A stretch of DNA of 64,000 nt from an uncultured Pseudomonadota bacterium (GTDB taxonomy: Bacteria > Pseudomonadota > Gammaproteobacteria > Burkholderiales > SG8-39). This document shows positions 9,987 through 19,514 of the stretch, in pieces. The notes under the pieces are model-generated. The model was not told where the DNA came from and did no database searches. It saw nothing but the letters and a program-made list of their open reading frames with translations. A program made the position numbers and the translations under genes. Location of the stretch: positions 398,614 through 462,613 of the forward strand of contig CAVTZJ010000004.1 of NCBI GenBank assembly GCA_963739205.1, given 5' to 3'. How positions within the stretch are numbered: position 1 is the first letter of the stretch; every line of letters begins with the position of its first letter.

Positions 9987-10945
9987 CGGTGGGCGCGGCG
10001 CGGCAGATCGATTCCACGTACCGCGCGCCCTGGTGGCTGGCGGGCGGCCACGCCCAGACGCTGGTCGCGGCCCTGCTGCCGCCGCCGCGCCTGGCGCTCG
10101 TGCGCGAGCGCTGGGAAACACCGGACGGCGATTTCGTCGATGTCGACTTCGCCGGGCCGGAGCGCGCGGCGCGCACGCTGGTGCTGTTCCACGGCCTCGA
10201 GGGCGGCTCAGAGAGTCATTACGCGCGCGCGATCGCAGCGAACGCCGCGGCGCGCGGCTGGCGCGCCGCGCTGCCGCACTTTCGCGGCTGCTCGGGCGAG
10301 CCGAACCGCCTGGCGCGCGCCTACCACTCGGGCGACTCGGAAGAGCTGCACTGGATGCTCGGGCGCCTGCACGTCGCGCGCGGTGCGCTGCATGCGGTCG
10401 GGGTTTCGCTCGGCGGCAACGTGCTGCTCAAATGGCTCGGCGAGCGTGGCGACGCGGCGCGCAGCCTGGTGCGGCGCGCGGTCGCGGTGTCGGCGCCGCT
10501 CGACCTCGCCGCGGCCGGGCGCGCGCTCGACCGCGGCTTCAACCGCCACGTCTACACGCGCGTCTTTCTCGCCAGCATGAAGCGCAAGTCGCTCGCCAAG
10601 CTGCGGCGCCACCAGGGGCTGTTCGACGCGCGCCGAGTGGCCGCGGCGCGCACGCTGCACGAGTTCGATGACCTGGTTACCGCTCCGCTGCACGGCTTTC
10701 GCGACGCCGACGAGTACTGGTCGCGCGCCTCCTCGGCGCCGTGGCTGGCGGCGATCCGCGCGCCGACCCTCGTGCTGAACGCCCTGAACGACCCGTTCCT
10801 GCCGGCCGGGGCGCTCGTCGCGGCCACGCGCAGCGCCTCGAGCGACGTGGCGCTCGAGTTTCCCGCCACCGGCGGACACGTCGGTTTCCCCGCGCGCCGC
10901 GACTGGCTGGCGCGACGCATCCTGGAGTTCCTCGAGCAACCATGA
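9983..10945 (+). CDS. Alpha/beta-fold hydrolase, YheT/COG0429-like
   Basis: WWLAGGHAQT, LFHGLEGGSESHY, the GVSLGGN nucleophile elbow, and HVGF near the C-terminus. The start is TTG at 9983 or GTG at 9989. Confidence 0.75.
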   Translation: MTVGAARQIDSTYRAPWWLAGGHAQTLVAALLPPPRLALVRERWETPDGDFVDVDFAGPERAARTLVLFHGLEGGSESHYARAIAANAAARGWRAALPHFRGCSGEPNRLARAYHSGDSEELHWMLGRLHVARGALHAVGVSLGGNVLLKWLGERGDAARSLVRRAVAVSAPLDLAAAGRALDRGFNRHVYTRVFLASMKRKSLAKLRRHQGLFDARRVAAARTLHEFDDLVTAPLHGFRDADEYWSRASSAPWLAAIRAPTLVLNALNDPFLPAGALVAATRSASSDVALEFPATGGHVGFPARRDWLARRILEFLEQP

Positions 10946-12315
10946 ACGTCCCCGCAGAGATCTTTCGCGCCTACGATATCCGCGGCATCGTCGGCCGCAC
11001 CCTGACCCCAGACATCGTGCGCGACATCGGCCGCGCGCTCGGCACCCTCGGGCGCGAGCGCGGCGCGCCCCGCTTCGCGCTCGGCCGCGACGGGCGGCAT
11101 TCCGGACCGGCGCTCGCCGAGGCGATTGCAGAGGGCCTGGTCGCCGCGGGCGCCGAGGCGATCGACCTCGGCATGGTGCCCACCCCGGTGACTTACTTCG
11201 CCGCGCACCATCTCGGCTGCGCCAGCTGCGTGATGGTGACCGGCAGCCACAACCCGCCCGACTACAACGGCCTCAAGATGGTCGTGGCGGGCGACACGCT
11301 CTCGGGCGAATCGATCCAGGAGCTGCGCCGACGCATCGAGACCGGCACTCTTGCCTCGGGCGCGGGACGGCGCAGCACTGCGCAGGTGAGCGACGCCTAC
11401 GTCGAACGCATCGTGGGCGACGTAAAGCTCGCACGGCCGCTGCGTATCGCGATCGACTGCGGCAACGGCGTCGCCGGAATGCTGGCGCCGCGCCTGTACC
11501 GGCGCCTGGGTTGCGAAGTAATGGAGCTCTACTGCGAGGTCGACGGCGACTTTCCAAACCACCACCCCGACCCGTCGCAGCCGGAGAATCTCGCCGACCT
11601 GATCGCTTCATTGCGCGCCGGAGCGGGAGAGCTCGGACTGGCCTTCGACGGCGACGGTGACCGCCTCGGCGTCGTCACCCGCGATGGCGAGATCATCTAC
11701 CCGGATCGCCAGCTCATGTTGTTCGCGGCGGACGTGCTCTCGCGCAATCCCGGCGCCGAGATCATCTACGACGTGAAGTCGACGCGCCTGCTCGCGCCGT
11801 GGATCGAACAGCGCGGCGGCCGCCCGCTCGTGTGGAAGACCGGACACTCGCTCATCAAGGCGAAGCTCAAGGAGACCGGCGCGCCGCTCGCCGGCGAGAT
11901 GTCCGGCCACACCTTCTTCAAGGAGCGCTGGTACGGATTCGACGACGCACTGTATGCCGGCGCGCGCCTGCTCGAGATCCTGTCGCGCGACCCGGACGCG
12001 AACCGGGCGCTAAAAGCTCTGCCGAACGCGCCCTCGACGCCCGAGCTGCACTGGCACCTCGCAGAGGGCGAGCCGCACGCGCTCGTGGCGAGGCTGCAGG
12101 CCACGCGCCCCTTCCCGAACGCGGAGCGCATCCTCACCATCGACGGCGTGCGCGTGGAGTACGCGGACGGCTTCGGCCTCGCGCGCGCCTCGAACACCAC
12201 GCCGGTGATCGTGCTGCGCTTCGAGGCCGACACGCGCGAGGCGCTCACTCGCATCCAGGAGGAGTTCCGGCGCGCGCTCGCGCCGCTCAAGCCTGAAGCG
12301 GATCTTCCGTTCTAG
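10942..12315 (+). CDS. Phosphomannomutase/phosphoglucomutase
   Basis: MNVPAEIFRAYDIRGIVG, the active-site motif TGSHNPPDYNGLK, FDGDGDRLGVV and GEMSGH. ATGA overlap with the upstream gene. Confidence 0.9.
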   Translation: MNVPAEIFRAYDIRGIVGRTLTPDIVRDIGRALGTLGRERGAPRFALGRDGRHSGPALAEAIAEGLVAAGAEAIDLGMVPTPVTYFAAHHLGCASCVMVTGSHNPPDYNGLKMVVAGDTLSGESIQELRRRIETGTLASGAGRRSTAQVSDAYVERIVGDVKLARPLRIAIDCGNGVAGMLAPRLYRRLGCEVMELYCEVDGDFPNHHPDPSQPENLADLIASLRAGAGELGLAFDGDGDRLGVVTRDGEIIYPDRQLMLFAADVLSRNPGAEIIYDVKSTRLLAPWIEQRGGRPLVWKTGHSLIKAKLKETGAPLAGEMSGHTFFKERWYGFDDALYAGARLLEILSRDPDANRALKALPNAPSTPELHWHLAEGEPHALVARLQATRPFPNAERILTIDGVRVEYADGFGLARASNTTPVIVLRFEADTREALTRIQEEFRRALAPLKPEADLPF

Positions 12316-13168
12316 CGAGGCTGCGCCGGTAGCGGCCCAGATCCTGCGCGCTGCGCAGCTCGACGCCGAAAAGCTTCGACAGATTGAGCAGAATCATGTC
12401 GGAGACCTTCTTCTCCCAGCCGCGGTCGAAGCGGATCTGCTCATCGAGCCAGCGCTCGAGCCATTGCGGATCGGGAAGCCTGCTCTGGATGGTGTCGCGC
12501 GGGAAAAGCTGCCGGTTGACGTGCAGGTTGGTCGGGTGCAGGGGCTTGCCCGCGCGCCCCGCGGCCGCCATCAGCACGCCGATCCGGGCGAAGGCGACCC
12601 GCGCCTCGTCGCCGTGTCTTGCCAGCGCGCGCTTCATGTATTGCAGATAGGCCCCGCCGTGGCGCGCCTCATCGCGCGAAATCAAGTCGTAGATGTGCCT
12701 GATCACCGGCTCGCTGTGCCATTGCGCGGCGCGCCGGTACCAGTGGTTGAGCCGGATCTCGCCGCAGAAGTGCAGCATCAGCGTCTCGAGCGGCGGCGCG
12801 GGATCGAAGGCGAAGCGCACCGCGTGCAGCTCGGACTCGCTCGGGGCAAGCGCGGGCCGGAAATGTCGCAGGTACTCGATCAGCACGAGCGAGTGCTTCT
12901 GTTCCTCGTAGAACCAGACCGACATGAACGCGGAGAAATCGCTGTCGTGCAGGTTGTCGCGCAGGAACATTTCGGTGGCGGGCAGCGCCGCCCACTCGGT
13001 GATCGCGTTCATCTTGATGGTGAGCGCCTGCTCGTCGGAGAGCAGCGCTGCGTCGAACGATTTCCAGGGCACGTCCTTGCCCATGTCCCAGCGCACGCGT
13101 TCGAGGGACTTGAATATCTCTGGATAGAGCATGGTGTGCAAATCGGTTTTCGCGATCATCCGTTGCAA
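12287..13168 (-). CDS. Ferritin-like di-iron carboxylate protein, soluble acyl-ACP-desaturase-like
   Basis: 293 aa with two ExxH motifs (EEQKH and DEARH) plus additional Glu ligand candidates, spaced as in soluble desaturases. It starts 1 nt after the litR-like stop. Its 3' end overlaps the convergent PMM/PGM gene by 29 nt. Confidence 0.65.
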   Translation of the reverse strand: MQRMIAKTDLHTMLYPEIFKSLERVRWDMGKDVPWKSFDAALLSDEQALTIKMNAITEWAALPATEMFLRDNLHDSDFSAFMSVWFYEEQKHSLVLIEYLRHFRPALAPSESELHAVRFAFDPAPPLETLMLHFCGEIRLNHWYRRAAQWHSEPVIRHIYDLISRDEARHGGAYLQYMKRALARHGDEARVAFARIGVLMAAAGRAGKPLHPTNLHVNRQLFPRDTIQSRLPDPQWLERWLDEQIRFDRGWEKKVSDMILLNLSKLFGVELRSAQDLGRYRRSLARTEDPLQA

Positions 13169-14086
13169 TTATGTCTCTGCGGCGTGTCCGGCGCGCCATT
13201 CCGCGAGCGCTGTCCCGATCCCGGCCAAGTCGCGGAACACGCGCACTCCGGCAGGGGGACGCTTCAGGCGCGCCGCGCCGGCCCCGCCGCACCATAGTTC
13301 CACTCCCGTCGGCAGCCCGGCACGCAGCGACTTTACAACCTCCTGCAGCCCCGCCGCCGGGAAGTTACCGCTGAATGAAACCGCCACGACGTCGGCGCGC
13401 TTGGCGAGCGCCGCGGCCGCCAACTCGGCGACTGGTGTTTGCATGCCGAGCGAAACGCACTCCGCACCCTCGAGCGCGCAGGCCGCCTCGGCCATCAGCA
13501 GGCCGAGGCCATGCTGCTCGCCGGGCAGCGTTGAGAGGAGTACACGGGGCGCGCCGCCGGCCGTCGGCACTTGGCTAATCGCCTGGCGCAACACTCCTTG
13601 CAGCTGCTCGGTGAACAGGTGCTCCTCGAACACGTGGATCTCGCCGCGCATCCACGCCTCACCGACCAGTGTGGCGAGCGGCGCTGCGCTCTCGGTAAGG
13701 AAACGGAACAAGCCGTCGCGCACCACCGCCTGATTAAGTTCGCGGCGCAGCTCGGCGGTCTGGTGCGTCTTCAAGAGGTAAAGCGCCAGGTCGTGCAGCG
13801 CGCTGAGCGGCGCGGCCGACGGCGTTCCAGCCGCCTGTGTCTCGAGCTCAACGGCCGACATGGCGAAAATGCGCCCGGGGCGAAGACCCTGATCCATCAG
13901 ACGCCGGATCAGCCGCAGGCGGGAGACCTGATCCAAGGGGTAACTGCGCTCGCCGAACGCGTTCCGCGTCGGTTGCGGGAAACCGTAGCGCCGCTCCCAG
14001 ATGCGCAGCGTGTCCTTGGAAACGCCGGTTTCACGCTCCACCGCCGCGATGGACAGTGGCTCACTTGGATTGCTGGGGACCATCAC
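13169..14086 (-). CDS. MerR-family regulator with a C-terminal cobalamin-binding domain (LitR/CarH-type light-responsive regulator)
   Basis: N-terminal MerR HTH (LSIAAVERETGVSKDTLRIWERRYGFP) and a C-terminal B12-binding signature (TLPGEQHGLGLLMAE, the E-x-H-x-x-G motif, followed by ADVVAVSFS). Confidence 0.8.
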   Translation of the reverse strand: MMVPSNPSEPLSIAAVERETGVSKDTLRIWERRYGFPQPTRNAFGERSYPLDQVSRLRLIRRLMDQGLRPGRIFAMSAVELETQAAGTPSAAPLSALHDLALYLLKTHQTAELRRELNQAVVRDGLFRFLTESAAPLATLVGEAWMRGEIHVFEEHLFTEQLQGVLRQAISQVPTAGGAPRVLLSTLPGEQHGLGLLMAEAACALEGAECVSLGMQTPVAELAAAALAKRADVVAVSFSGNFPAAGLQEVVKSLRAGLPTGVELWCGGAGAARLKRPPAGVRVFRDLAGIGTALAEWRAGHAAET

Positions 14087-14087
14087 T

Positions 14088-14164
14088 TTGTCCTAGACAA
14101 TCTGTTGACACGTTGCTCAGTTCCCGCCATTATTCCACAATAAACTCAGTTTTGACTAGGACAA
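14088..14164. promoter_or_regulatory. Divergent control region: a 12/13 inverted repeat pair flanking a TTGACA-17-CATTAT promoter
   Basis: The repeats are TTGTCCTAGACAA at 14088-14100 and TTGACTAGGACAA at 14152-14164. The -35 TTGACA is at 14105-14110 and the -10 CATTAT at 14128-14133, pointing rightward. The first repeat abuts the regulator's start codon. Confidence 0.45.
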
Positions 14165-14538
14165 CCCATGAAAACCGCTTCGTCATTCATTCTTGGTGCA
14201 ATGGTAGTGGGCACTCCCTTCTATGCGCAAGCCGCTGTAACGACAGCGGATTTCTACTATTCGGCACTACGCGGCGCCCCTGTACCCGACGCAGAACACG
14301 GCACGACAGGCACCAAGTCGTCGGAGCCCCGCACGTCGCAAGCATGCGATGAACGCCTCGCCGACCTGGTGGAGGCGCATTCCGGCCGTCGCCCGCCCTG
14401 CGCCGTGCGTTCGACCTCCCCCAGGACCAAGTCATGACCCATCTTGCACGCTGGAGCGCAGACGCGCTGGCACTCGCGATCCTGTTCCTGCCGACCTTCC
14501 CGTTGCTCGCCGCGCTGCTGCGCGCCTGAGGCCACGCA

Positions 14539-15825
14539 ATGCGCATCGCGATCGTCGGCTCCGGCATTTCGGGCCTGTCCGCAGCGTGGCTGCTGGCGCA
14601 ACGCCACACGGTGACCCTCTTTGAGGGCGACCGGCGCCTCGGCGGCCATACCCACAGCGTGGACGTCACGCTCGGCGGCGTCACGCGCGCGGTGGACACC
14701 GGCTTCCTGGTGTTCAACCAGCGGACTTACCCCAACCTGGCGGCGCTGTTCCGCGCGCTCGGCGTCCGGGCCGCAAAAAGCGACATGAGTTTCAGCCTGT
14801 CCCTCGAGCAGCCGGCGCTGGAATGGGCCGGCAACAGCGTCGCGACGCTGTTCGCGCAGCGCCGCAACATCGTGCGTCCTGCGTTTCTCCGCATGCTGCG
14901 CGACGTCGTGCGCTTCAACCGCGAGGCTTCGCGCGCCGAAGCAACCGGTGCCTCGCCCTCGCTCGGCGAGTTCCTCGAGCGAGGCCGCTACAGCGCGGCT
15001 TTTCGTGACTGGTATCTCCTGCCAATGGCCGCCGCCATCTGGTCGTGCCCGACGCGGAACATGCTCGAGTTTCCGTTCTCCCCCTTCGCGCGCTTCTTCA
15101 GCAATCACGGGCTGCTGCAGATCGCCGACCGGCCACAGTGGTACACGGTCGCCGGCGGCGCCAGGCAATACGTCGAGCGCATGGCGCGCGCCATCCCGGA
15201 TGTGCGCCTCGCGACGCCGGTGACGCGCGTGCGCCGCGATACCTCCGGCGTGCGCGTGATGGGCGAGCACTTCGACGCCCTCGTGCTCGCCTGCCACAGC
15301 GACCAGGCGCTCGCGATCCTGGCCGACGGCGCGACCCCCGAGGAGCGCGCAGTGCTAGGCGCCATTCCGTACCAGAAAAACCGCGCGCTGCTGCACACCG
15401 ACGCGGCGGTGCTGCCGAAGCGGCGCAGCATCTGGTCGGCGTGGAATTACTCCGCCGGGCGCGACACGCCCGCCGGCCGCCCGGTCGCCGTGCATTACCT
15501 CATCAACAAGCTGCAGCCGCTGCCTTTTTCGGAGCCGGTGATCGTGTCACTCAACCCGCACCGCGAGCCGGCGCCGGAGCGCGTGCTCGGCGTGTACGAC
15601 TACGAGCATCCGGTGTTCGACCAACGATCGGAACACGCGCAGGCCGCGCTTGGCGCGCTGCAAGGTGCGCGGCGCACCTGGTTCTGCGGCGCCTGGACGC
15701 GCTACGGCTTTCACGAGGATGGCCTCGACTCGGCGCTCGCCGTCGCGCTCGGCTTCGGCGTCCAGCCGCCCTGGGCCGCCGCGCGGGAAATACCGACCGA
15801 AGAAATGGAGCGCGTTGCCGCATGA
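14539..15825 (+). CDS. FAD/NAD(P)-binding amine-oxidase-like oxidoreductase (fatty-acid desaturase UfaD-like)
   Basis: MRIAIVGSGISGLSAAWLL...FEGDRRLGGHT dinucleotide-binding fold. First gene of the conserved operon. Confidence 0.8.
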   Translation: MRIAIVGSGISGLSAAWLLAQRHTVTLFEGDRRLGGHTHSVDVTLGGVTRAVDTGFLVFNQRTYPNLAALFRALGVRAAKSDMSFSLSLEQPALEWAGNSVATLFAQRRNIVRPAFLRMLRDVVRFNREASRAEATGASPSLGEFLERGRYSAAFRDWYLLPMAAAIWSCPTRNMLEFPFSPFARFFSNHGLLQIADRPQWYTVAGGARQYVERMARAIPDVRLATPVTRVRRDTSGVRVMGEHFDALVLACHSDQALAILADGATPEERAVLGAIPYQKNRALLHTDAAVLPKRRSIWSAWNYSAGRDTPAGRPVAVHYLINKLQPLPFSEPVIVSLNPHREPAPERVLGVYDYEHPVFDQRSEHAQAALGALQGARRTWFCGAWTRYGFHEDGLDSALAVALGFGVQPPWAAAREIPTEEMERVAA

Positions 15826-16580
15826 GCGCCGAGCTGGTGTGCGGTCAGGTCATGCACCGCCGGCTGCGGCCGGTGCAGAACCGCTTCGTCTACCGCGTGT
15901 TCTTCCTCCGGCTGCCGCTGTCGCGCCTCGAAGACGCGGCCAATGCGATTCTTTCGCTCAACCGCTTCAACTTGCTCGGCTTTCATTTTCGCGACCACGG
16001 CGCGCGGGACGGCTCGCATCCGCTCGCCTGGGTGCGCGCGCTGCTGGCACGCGAAGGGCTCGCCTGCGCCGACGGCGAGGTATGGCTGCATGCTTTTCCG
16101 CGCGTGCTCGGCTACGTGTTCAACCCGGTCAGCTTCTGGTTCTGCGAGGACCGCGCCGGAAGCACGCGCGCCATCTTGGCGGAGGTCAACAACACCTTCG
16201 GTGAGCGCCACTGCTACCTGCTCGCGCACCCCGACCAGCGGGCGATCGAAGACGGTGACGAACTCGCCGCGCGCAAGGTGTTCCACGTCTCGCCCTTCTT
16301 TCCGGTCGCCGGCGCCTACCGATTCAGGTTTGCGAACGGCGGCCGCCTGCGCATGGCGCGCATCGACTACCGCGACGACGCCGGCTCGCTGCTGCTCACC
16401 AGCATCTCGGGCCGGGCGCAGCCGCTCACGGCTGCGCGCCTGGCGAGAGCGTTTATCGCGCATCCGCTGATGAGCTTCGGCGTGATGGCCCGCATCCACT
16501 GGCAGGCAGCGAGGCTGTGGGCCAAGCGGGTGCCTTTCTTCTCCAAGCCCGCACCGCCCACAGAGGAGCTAAGCCGATGA
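15822..16580 (+). CDS. DUF1365 family protein
   Basis: GQVMHRRLRPVQNRFVYRVFFLRLPL...FHFRDHG is the DUF1365 N-terminal signature. ATGA overlap on both sides. Confidence 0.75.
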   Translation: MSAELVCGQVMHRRLRPVQNRFVYRVFFLRLPLSRLEDAANAILSLNRFNLLGFHFRDHGARDGSHPLAWVRALLAREGLACADGEVWLHAFPRVLGYVFNPVSFWFCEDRAGSTRAILAEVNNTFGERHCYLLAHPDQRAIEDGDELAARKVFHVSPFFPVAGAYRFRFANGGRLRMARIDYRDDAGSLLLTSISGRAQPLTAARLARAFIAHPLMSFGVMARIHWQAARLWAKRVPFFSKPAPPTEELSR

Positions 16581-17773
16581 CCACGACCACCCGCGCCGGG
16601 CACCCTCTTCCGTTTTCCGCGCGAGCGGTGCTCGGCGCCCTCGACCGACTCTCCTACGGCAGGCTGCGCGCGGTGCTGCCCGACGGCCAGCGCATGGACT
16701 TCGGTCCCGGCGGCCCGGAGGCGACGCTCGAGGTGCGCGACTGGCGCGCCTTCGCACGCGTCGTGCGCGGCGGCGACATCGGCTTCGCCGAGGGCTACCT
16801 CGACGCCGACTGGCGCACGCCGGAGCTCGCCTGCCTGCTTACGCTGCTCGCAGCGAACCGCACGGCGCTCGACGCCCAGATGGGAGGCTCGGCGCTCGTC
16901 AGCCTGCTGCACCGCCTGCGTTATGCGCTGCGGGCCAACACGCGGCGCGGCAGCCGGCGCAACATCGCGGCGCACTACGACCTGGGCAACGCCTTTTACG
17001 CGCTCTGGCTCGACCCCGGGATGACTTACTCCAGCGCGCTGTACAACGGCGACCCGACGCGCTCGCTCGGGGACGCGCAGCACGCCAAGCACGAGCGCGC
17101 CCTTGCCCGCATCGCCCTGCGGCCGGGGGCGCACGTGCTCGAGATCGGCAGCGGCTGGGGTGCCTTCGCGGAACTTGCCGCGCGACGTGGCCATCGCGTC
17201 ACCGGCCTGACGCTGTCGAGCGAGCAGCTTGCCTGGTCGCGCGAGCGCGTGGCGCGCACGGGACTCGCGTCGCGCGCGCGCTTCGAGCTGCGCGACTATC
17301 GCGACGCGCGAGCGCGCTACGACGCCGTGGCCTCGATCGAGATGTACGAGGCGGTCGGCGAGCGCTGGTGGCCGCAATACTTCGCGCGCATCGCCGCCGC
17401 CCTGCCGCAAGGGGGCCGTGCCCTGGTGCAGGCGATCGTGATCGATGACGCGCTGTTCGAGCGCTACCGCAAGGGCAGCGACTTCATCCGGCACTACATC
17501 TTCCCCGGCGGCATGCTCGCCTCGCACCAGCGCCTGCTCGGCGTGGCGCACCGCGCCGGGCTCGCGGCGGCCGAATCATTTCATTTCGGTGGCGATTACG
17601 CGCTGACGCTCGCCGCCTGGCGCAGCCGCTTCCTCGCGCGCAGGCACGAGCTGCGCGCGCTCGGCTTCGATGAGCGCTTCGTGCGCATGTGGGAGTTCTA
17701 CCTCGCCTATTGCGAGGCGGGCTTCGTCAGCGGCTCGACCGATGTCGCGCAGATCCTCCTCGTCAAGCAATGA
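16577..17773 (+). CDS. Cyclopropane-fatty-acyl-phospholipid synthase family SAM methyltransferase
   Basis: NIAAHYDLGNAFYALWLD, VLEIGSGWG (SAM motif I) and FIRHYIFPGG are typical of the Cfa/UfaM family. Confidence 0.85.
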   Translation: MTTTTRAGHPLPFSARAVLGALDRLSYGRLRAVLPDGQRMDFGPGGPEATLEVRDWRAFARVVRGGDIGFAEGYLDADWRTPELACLLTLLAANRTALDAQMGGSALVSLLHRLRYALRANTRRGSRRNIAAHYDLGNAFYALWLDPGMTYSSALYNGDPTRSLGDAQHAKHERALARIALRPGAHVLEIGSGWGAFAELAARRGHRVTGLTLSSEQLAWSRERVARTGLASRARFELRDYRDARARYDAVASIEMYEAVGERWWPQYFARIAAALPQGGRALVQAIVIDDALFERYRKGSDFIRHYIFPGGMLASHQRLLGVAHRAGLAAAESFHFGGDYALTLAAWRSRFLARRHELRALGFDERFVRMWEFYLAYCEAGFVSGSTDVAQILLVKQ

Positions 17774-18255
17774 AGCACGTCGTCGCGCTCGTCCTGCTTT
17801 TCCTCGCTTCCGTCCTGCATGCGAGCGAGCCCATGGAGCGCGTTGGCGCAGGGACGCTGCGCTGGTTCGGCCTGCACGTGTACGACGCCGAGCTGTGGGC
17901 AAGCGGCGGCTCGGCCGACTTCTCGTCCCCGTTCCGCCTCACGCTGCGCTACGCGCGCGCGCTGCGCGGCAAGGCGATCGCGGAGCGCTCGGCCGAGGAG
18001 ATCTCACGACTGGACTTCGGCAGCCCGGCCCAGCGCGCTGCCTGGCGCGACACCATGCGCGCATTGTTCCCGGACGTGGCCGCCGGCGACAGCCTGAGCG
18101 GGCTGTACCTGCCCGGCCGCGGCGCGCGCTTCTTCCATAACGGCCGGCCGCTCGGCGAGATCGACGATGCGCAGTTCGCGCGCGCATTTTTCGCCATCTG
18201 GCTCGACCCCCGAACCAGCGCGCCCGACCTGCGCGCCGCGCTTCTAGGCGAGTGA
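17770..18255 (+). CDS. Chalcone-isomerase-like periplasmic protein
   Basis: Signal peptide MKHVVALVLLFLASVLHA, and the GAGTLRWFGLHVYDAELW motif typical of the bacterial CHI-like family. ATGA overlap. Confidence 0.65.
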   Translation: MKHVVALVLLFLASVLHASEPMERVGAGTLRWFGLHVYDAELWASGGSADFSSPFRLTLRYARALRGKAIAERSAEEISRLDFGSPAQRAAWRDTMRALFPDVAAGDSLSGLYLPGRGARFFHNGRPLGEIDDAQFARAFFAIWLDPRTSAPDLRAALLGE

Positions 18256-19514
18256 TGAGCGCGCGCACGCTGCGGCCGGCGGCGCTCGCCGCATACGGCG
18301 CGCTCGGCCTGCCGCTCGCCGGCGCCGCGCTGCCGGTGTACGTGCACCTGCCGAACCTCTATGGCGGCATCCTTGGCGTCAACCTGGCGCTGCTCGGCGC
18401 CGTGCTGCTCGGCATGCGCCTCGCCGACGCCTTCGTCGATCCGCTTCTCGGCGCGCTGAATGACCGGTTGCAGCGTCCACGCATGCTGGTGGCGTTCGGC
18501 GCACTGTTGCTCGCCGGCGGCCTGCTTGCCGTGTTCAACCCTCCGCGCGCCGGCATCGCGCCGTGGCTTTGGCTCGCCGCCACGCTGCTGCCCCTGTACC
18601 TCGGATACAGCCTGGCGAGCGTCAGCTACATGGCCTGGGGCGCCCTGCTCGGCGACAATCCCCACGAGCGCACACGCGTCACCGCGAGCCGGGAAGCGTT
18701 CGGCCTCGCCGGTGTGGTACTGGCGAGCGTCGCACCGACGTTGATCGCTTCGTCGCTCGATGACGGTCTCGCACGGTATACAGTACTCGCCGCGGTTCTG
18801 ATCGCGGTCTGCGCGGCGATCACGCTCTCGCGCGCGCCCGCGCCGCCGCGCCAACCCTCCCACGCCCCGGGCTGGCGAGCGCTGGCGGCGCCCTTCGCGA
18901 ACTCCGCCTTCACGCCGCTGCTCGCGGTGTTCATGGTGAACGGCATCGCCGGCGCGTTGCCGGCAACGCTGGTTCTGTTCTACATCGGCGACGCTTTGCG
19001 CCTGCCGCAGCAAGCCGGCTTCTTCCTCGCCGCGTACTTCGTGGCCGGCGCCGCCAGCCTGCCGCTATGGGTAGGCGCCGCGCGCGTCTACGGCAAGGCG
19101 GCAGCCTGGCTGGGCTCGATGCTGCTCGCCGTCGTCGCTTTCGCCGGCGCCTTCGCGCTCGGCCCGGGAGACGGCGCCGCGTTCTTCGCCGTGTGCATCG
19201 CCTCGGGCGCAGCGCTAGGCGCAGACCTCGCATTGCCGCCGGCGCTGCTCGCCGACGCGATCCGCGAGCGCGGCGAAGACGCGCGCGCCGGCGCCTACTT
19301 CGGCATCTGGAATTTCGCCACCAAGGCGAACCTCGCGCTCGCCGCAGGGCTCGCCCTGCCGCTGCTCGCGTGGTTCGGCTACGTGCCGGGCGACGCGGCG
19401 AGCGTCGCGCCCCTTTACTACGCCTACTGTCTGCTGCCCTGCGCGCTGAAGCTCGCCAGCGCGGCAATGCTATGGCGCGGCACGGCCGCGCTCCCGGAGG
19501 TTCGCCATGCTTAG
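18252..19514 (+). CDS. MFS transporter (glycoside/pentoside/hexuronide-like)
   Basis: 420 aa and about 12 hydrophobic spans. The start is GTG at 18252 or ATG at 18255. Confidence 0.7.
   Translation: MMSARTLRPAALAAYGALGLPLAGAALPVYVHLPNLYGGILGVNLALLGAVLLGMRLADAFVDPLLGALNDRLQRPRMLVAFGALLLAGGLLAVFNPPRAGIAPWLWLAATLLPLYLGYSLASVSYMAWGALLGDNPHERTRVTASREAFGLAGVVLASVAPTLIASSLDDGLARYTVLAAVLIAVCAAITLSRAPAPPRQPSHAPGWRALAAPFANSAFTPLLAVFMVNGIAGALPATLVLFYIGDALRLPQQAGFFLAAYFVAGAASLPLWVGAARVYGKAAAWLGSMLLAVVAFAGAFALGPGDGAAFFAVCIASGAALGADLALPPALLADAIRERGEDARAGAYFGIWNFATKANLALAAGLALPLLAWFGYVPGDAASVAPLYYAYCLLPCALKLASAAMLWRGTAALPEVRHA

Noticed and set aside
14168-14433. A cobalamin riboswitch in the long leader next to a B12-binding regulator.
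   Set aside because: I could not find a B12-box-like core or the expected multi-stem architecture by eye. Only one simple hairpin is present. A covariance-model scan (Rfam RF00174) would be needed to settle it.
14168-14437. An 89-aa ORF with a signal-peptide-like N-terminus, considered as a confident gene call.
   Set aside because: Third-position GC in its first half is far below the genome norm, the C-terminal two thirds are low-complexity, and there is no family motif. It is kept only as a question inside the leader-region finding.
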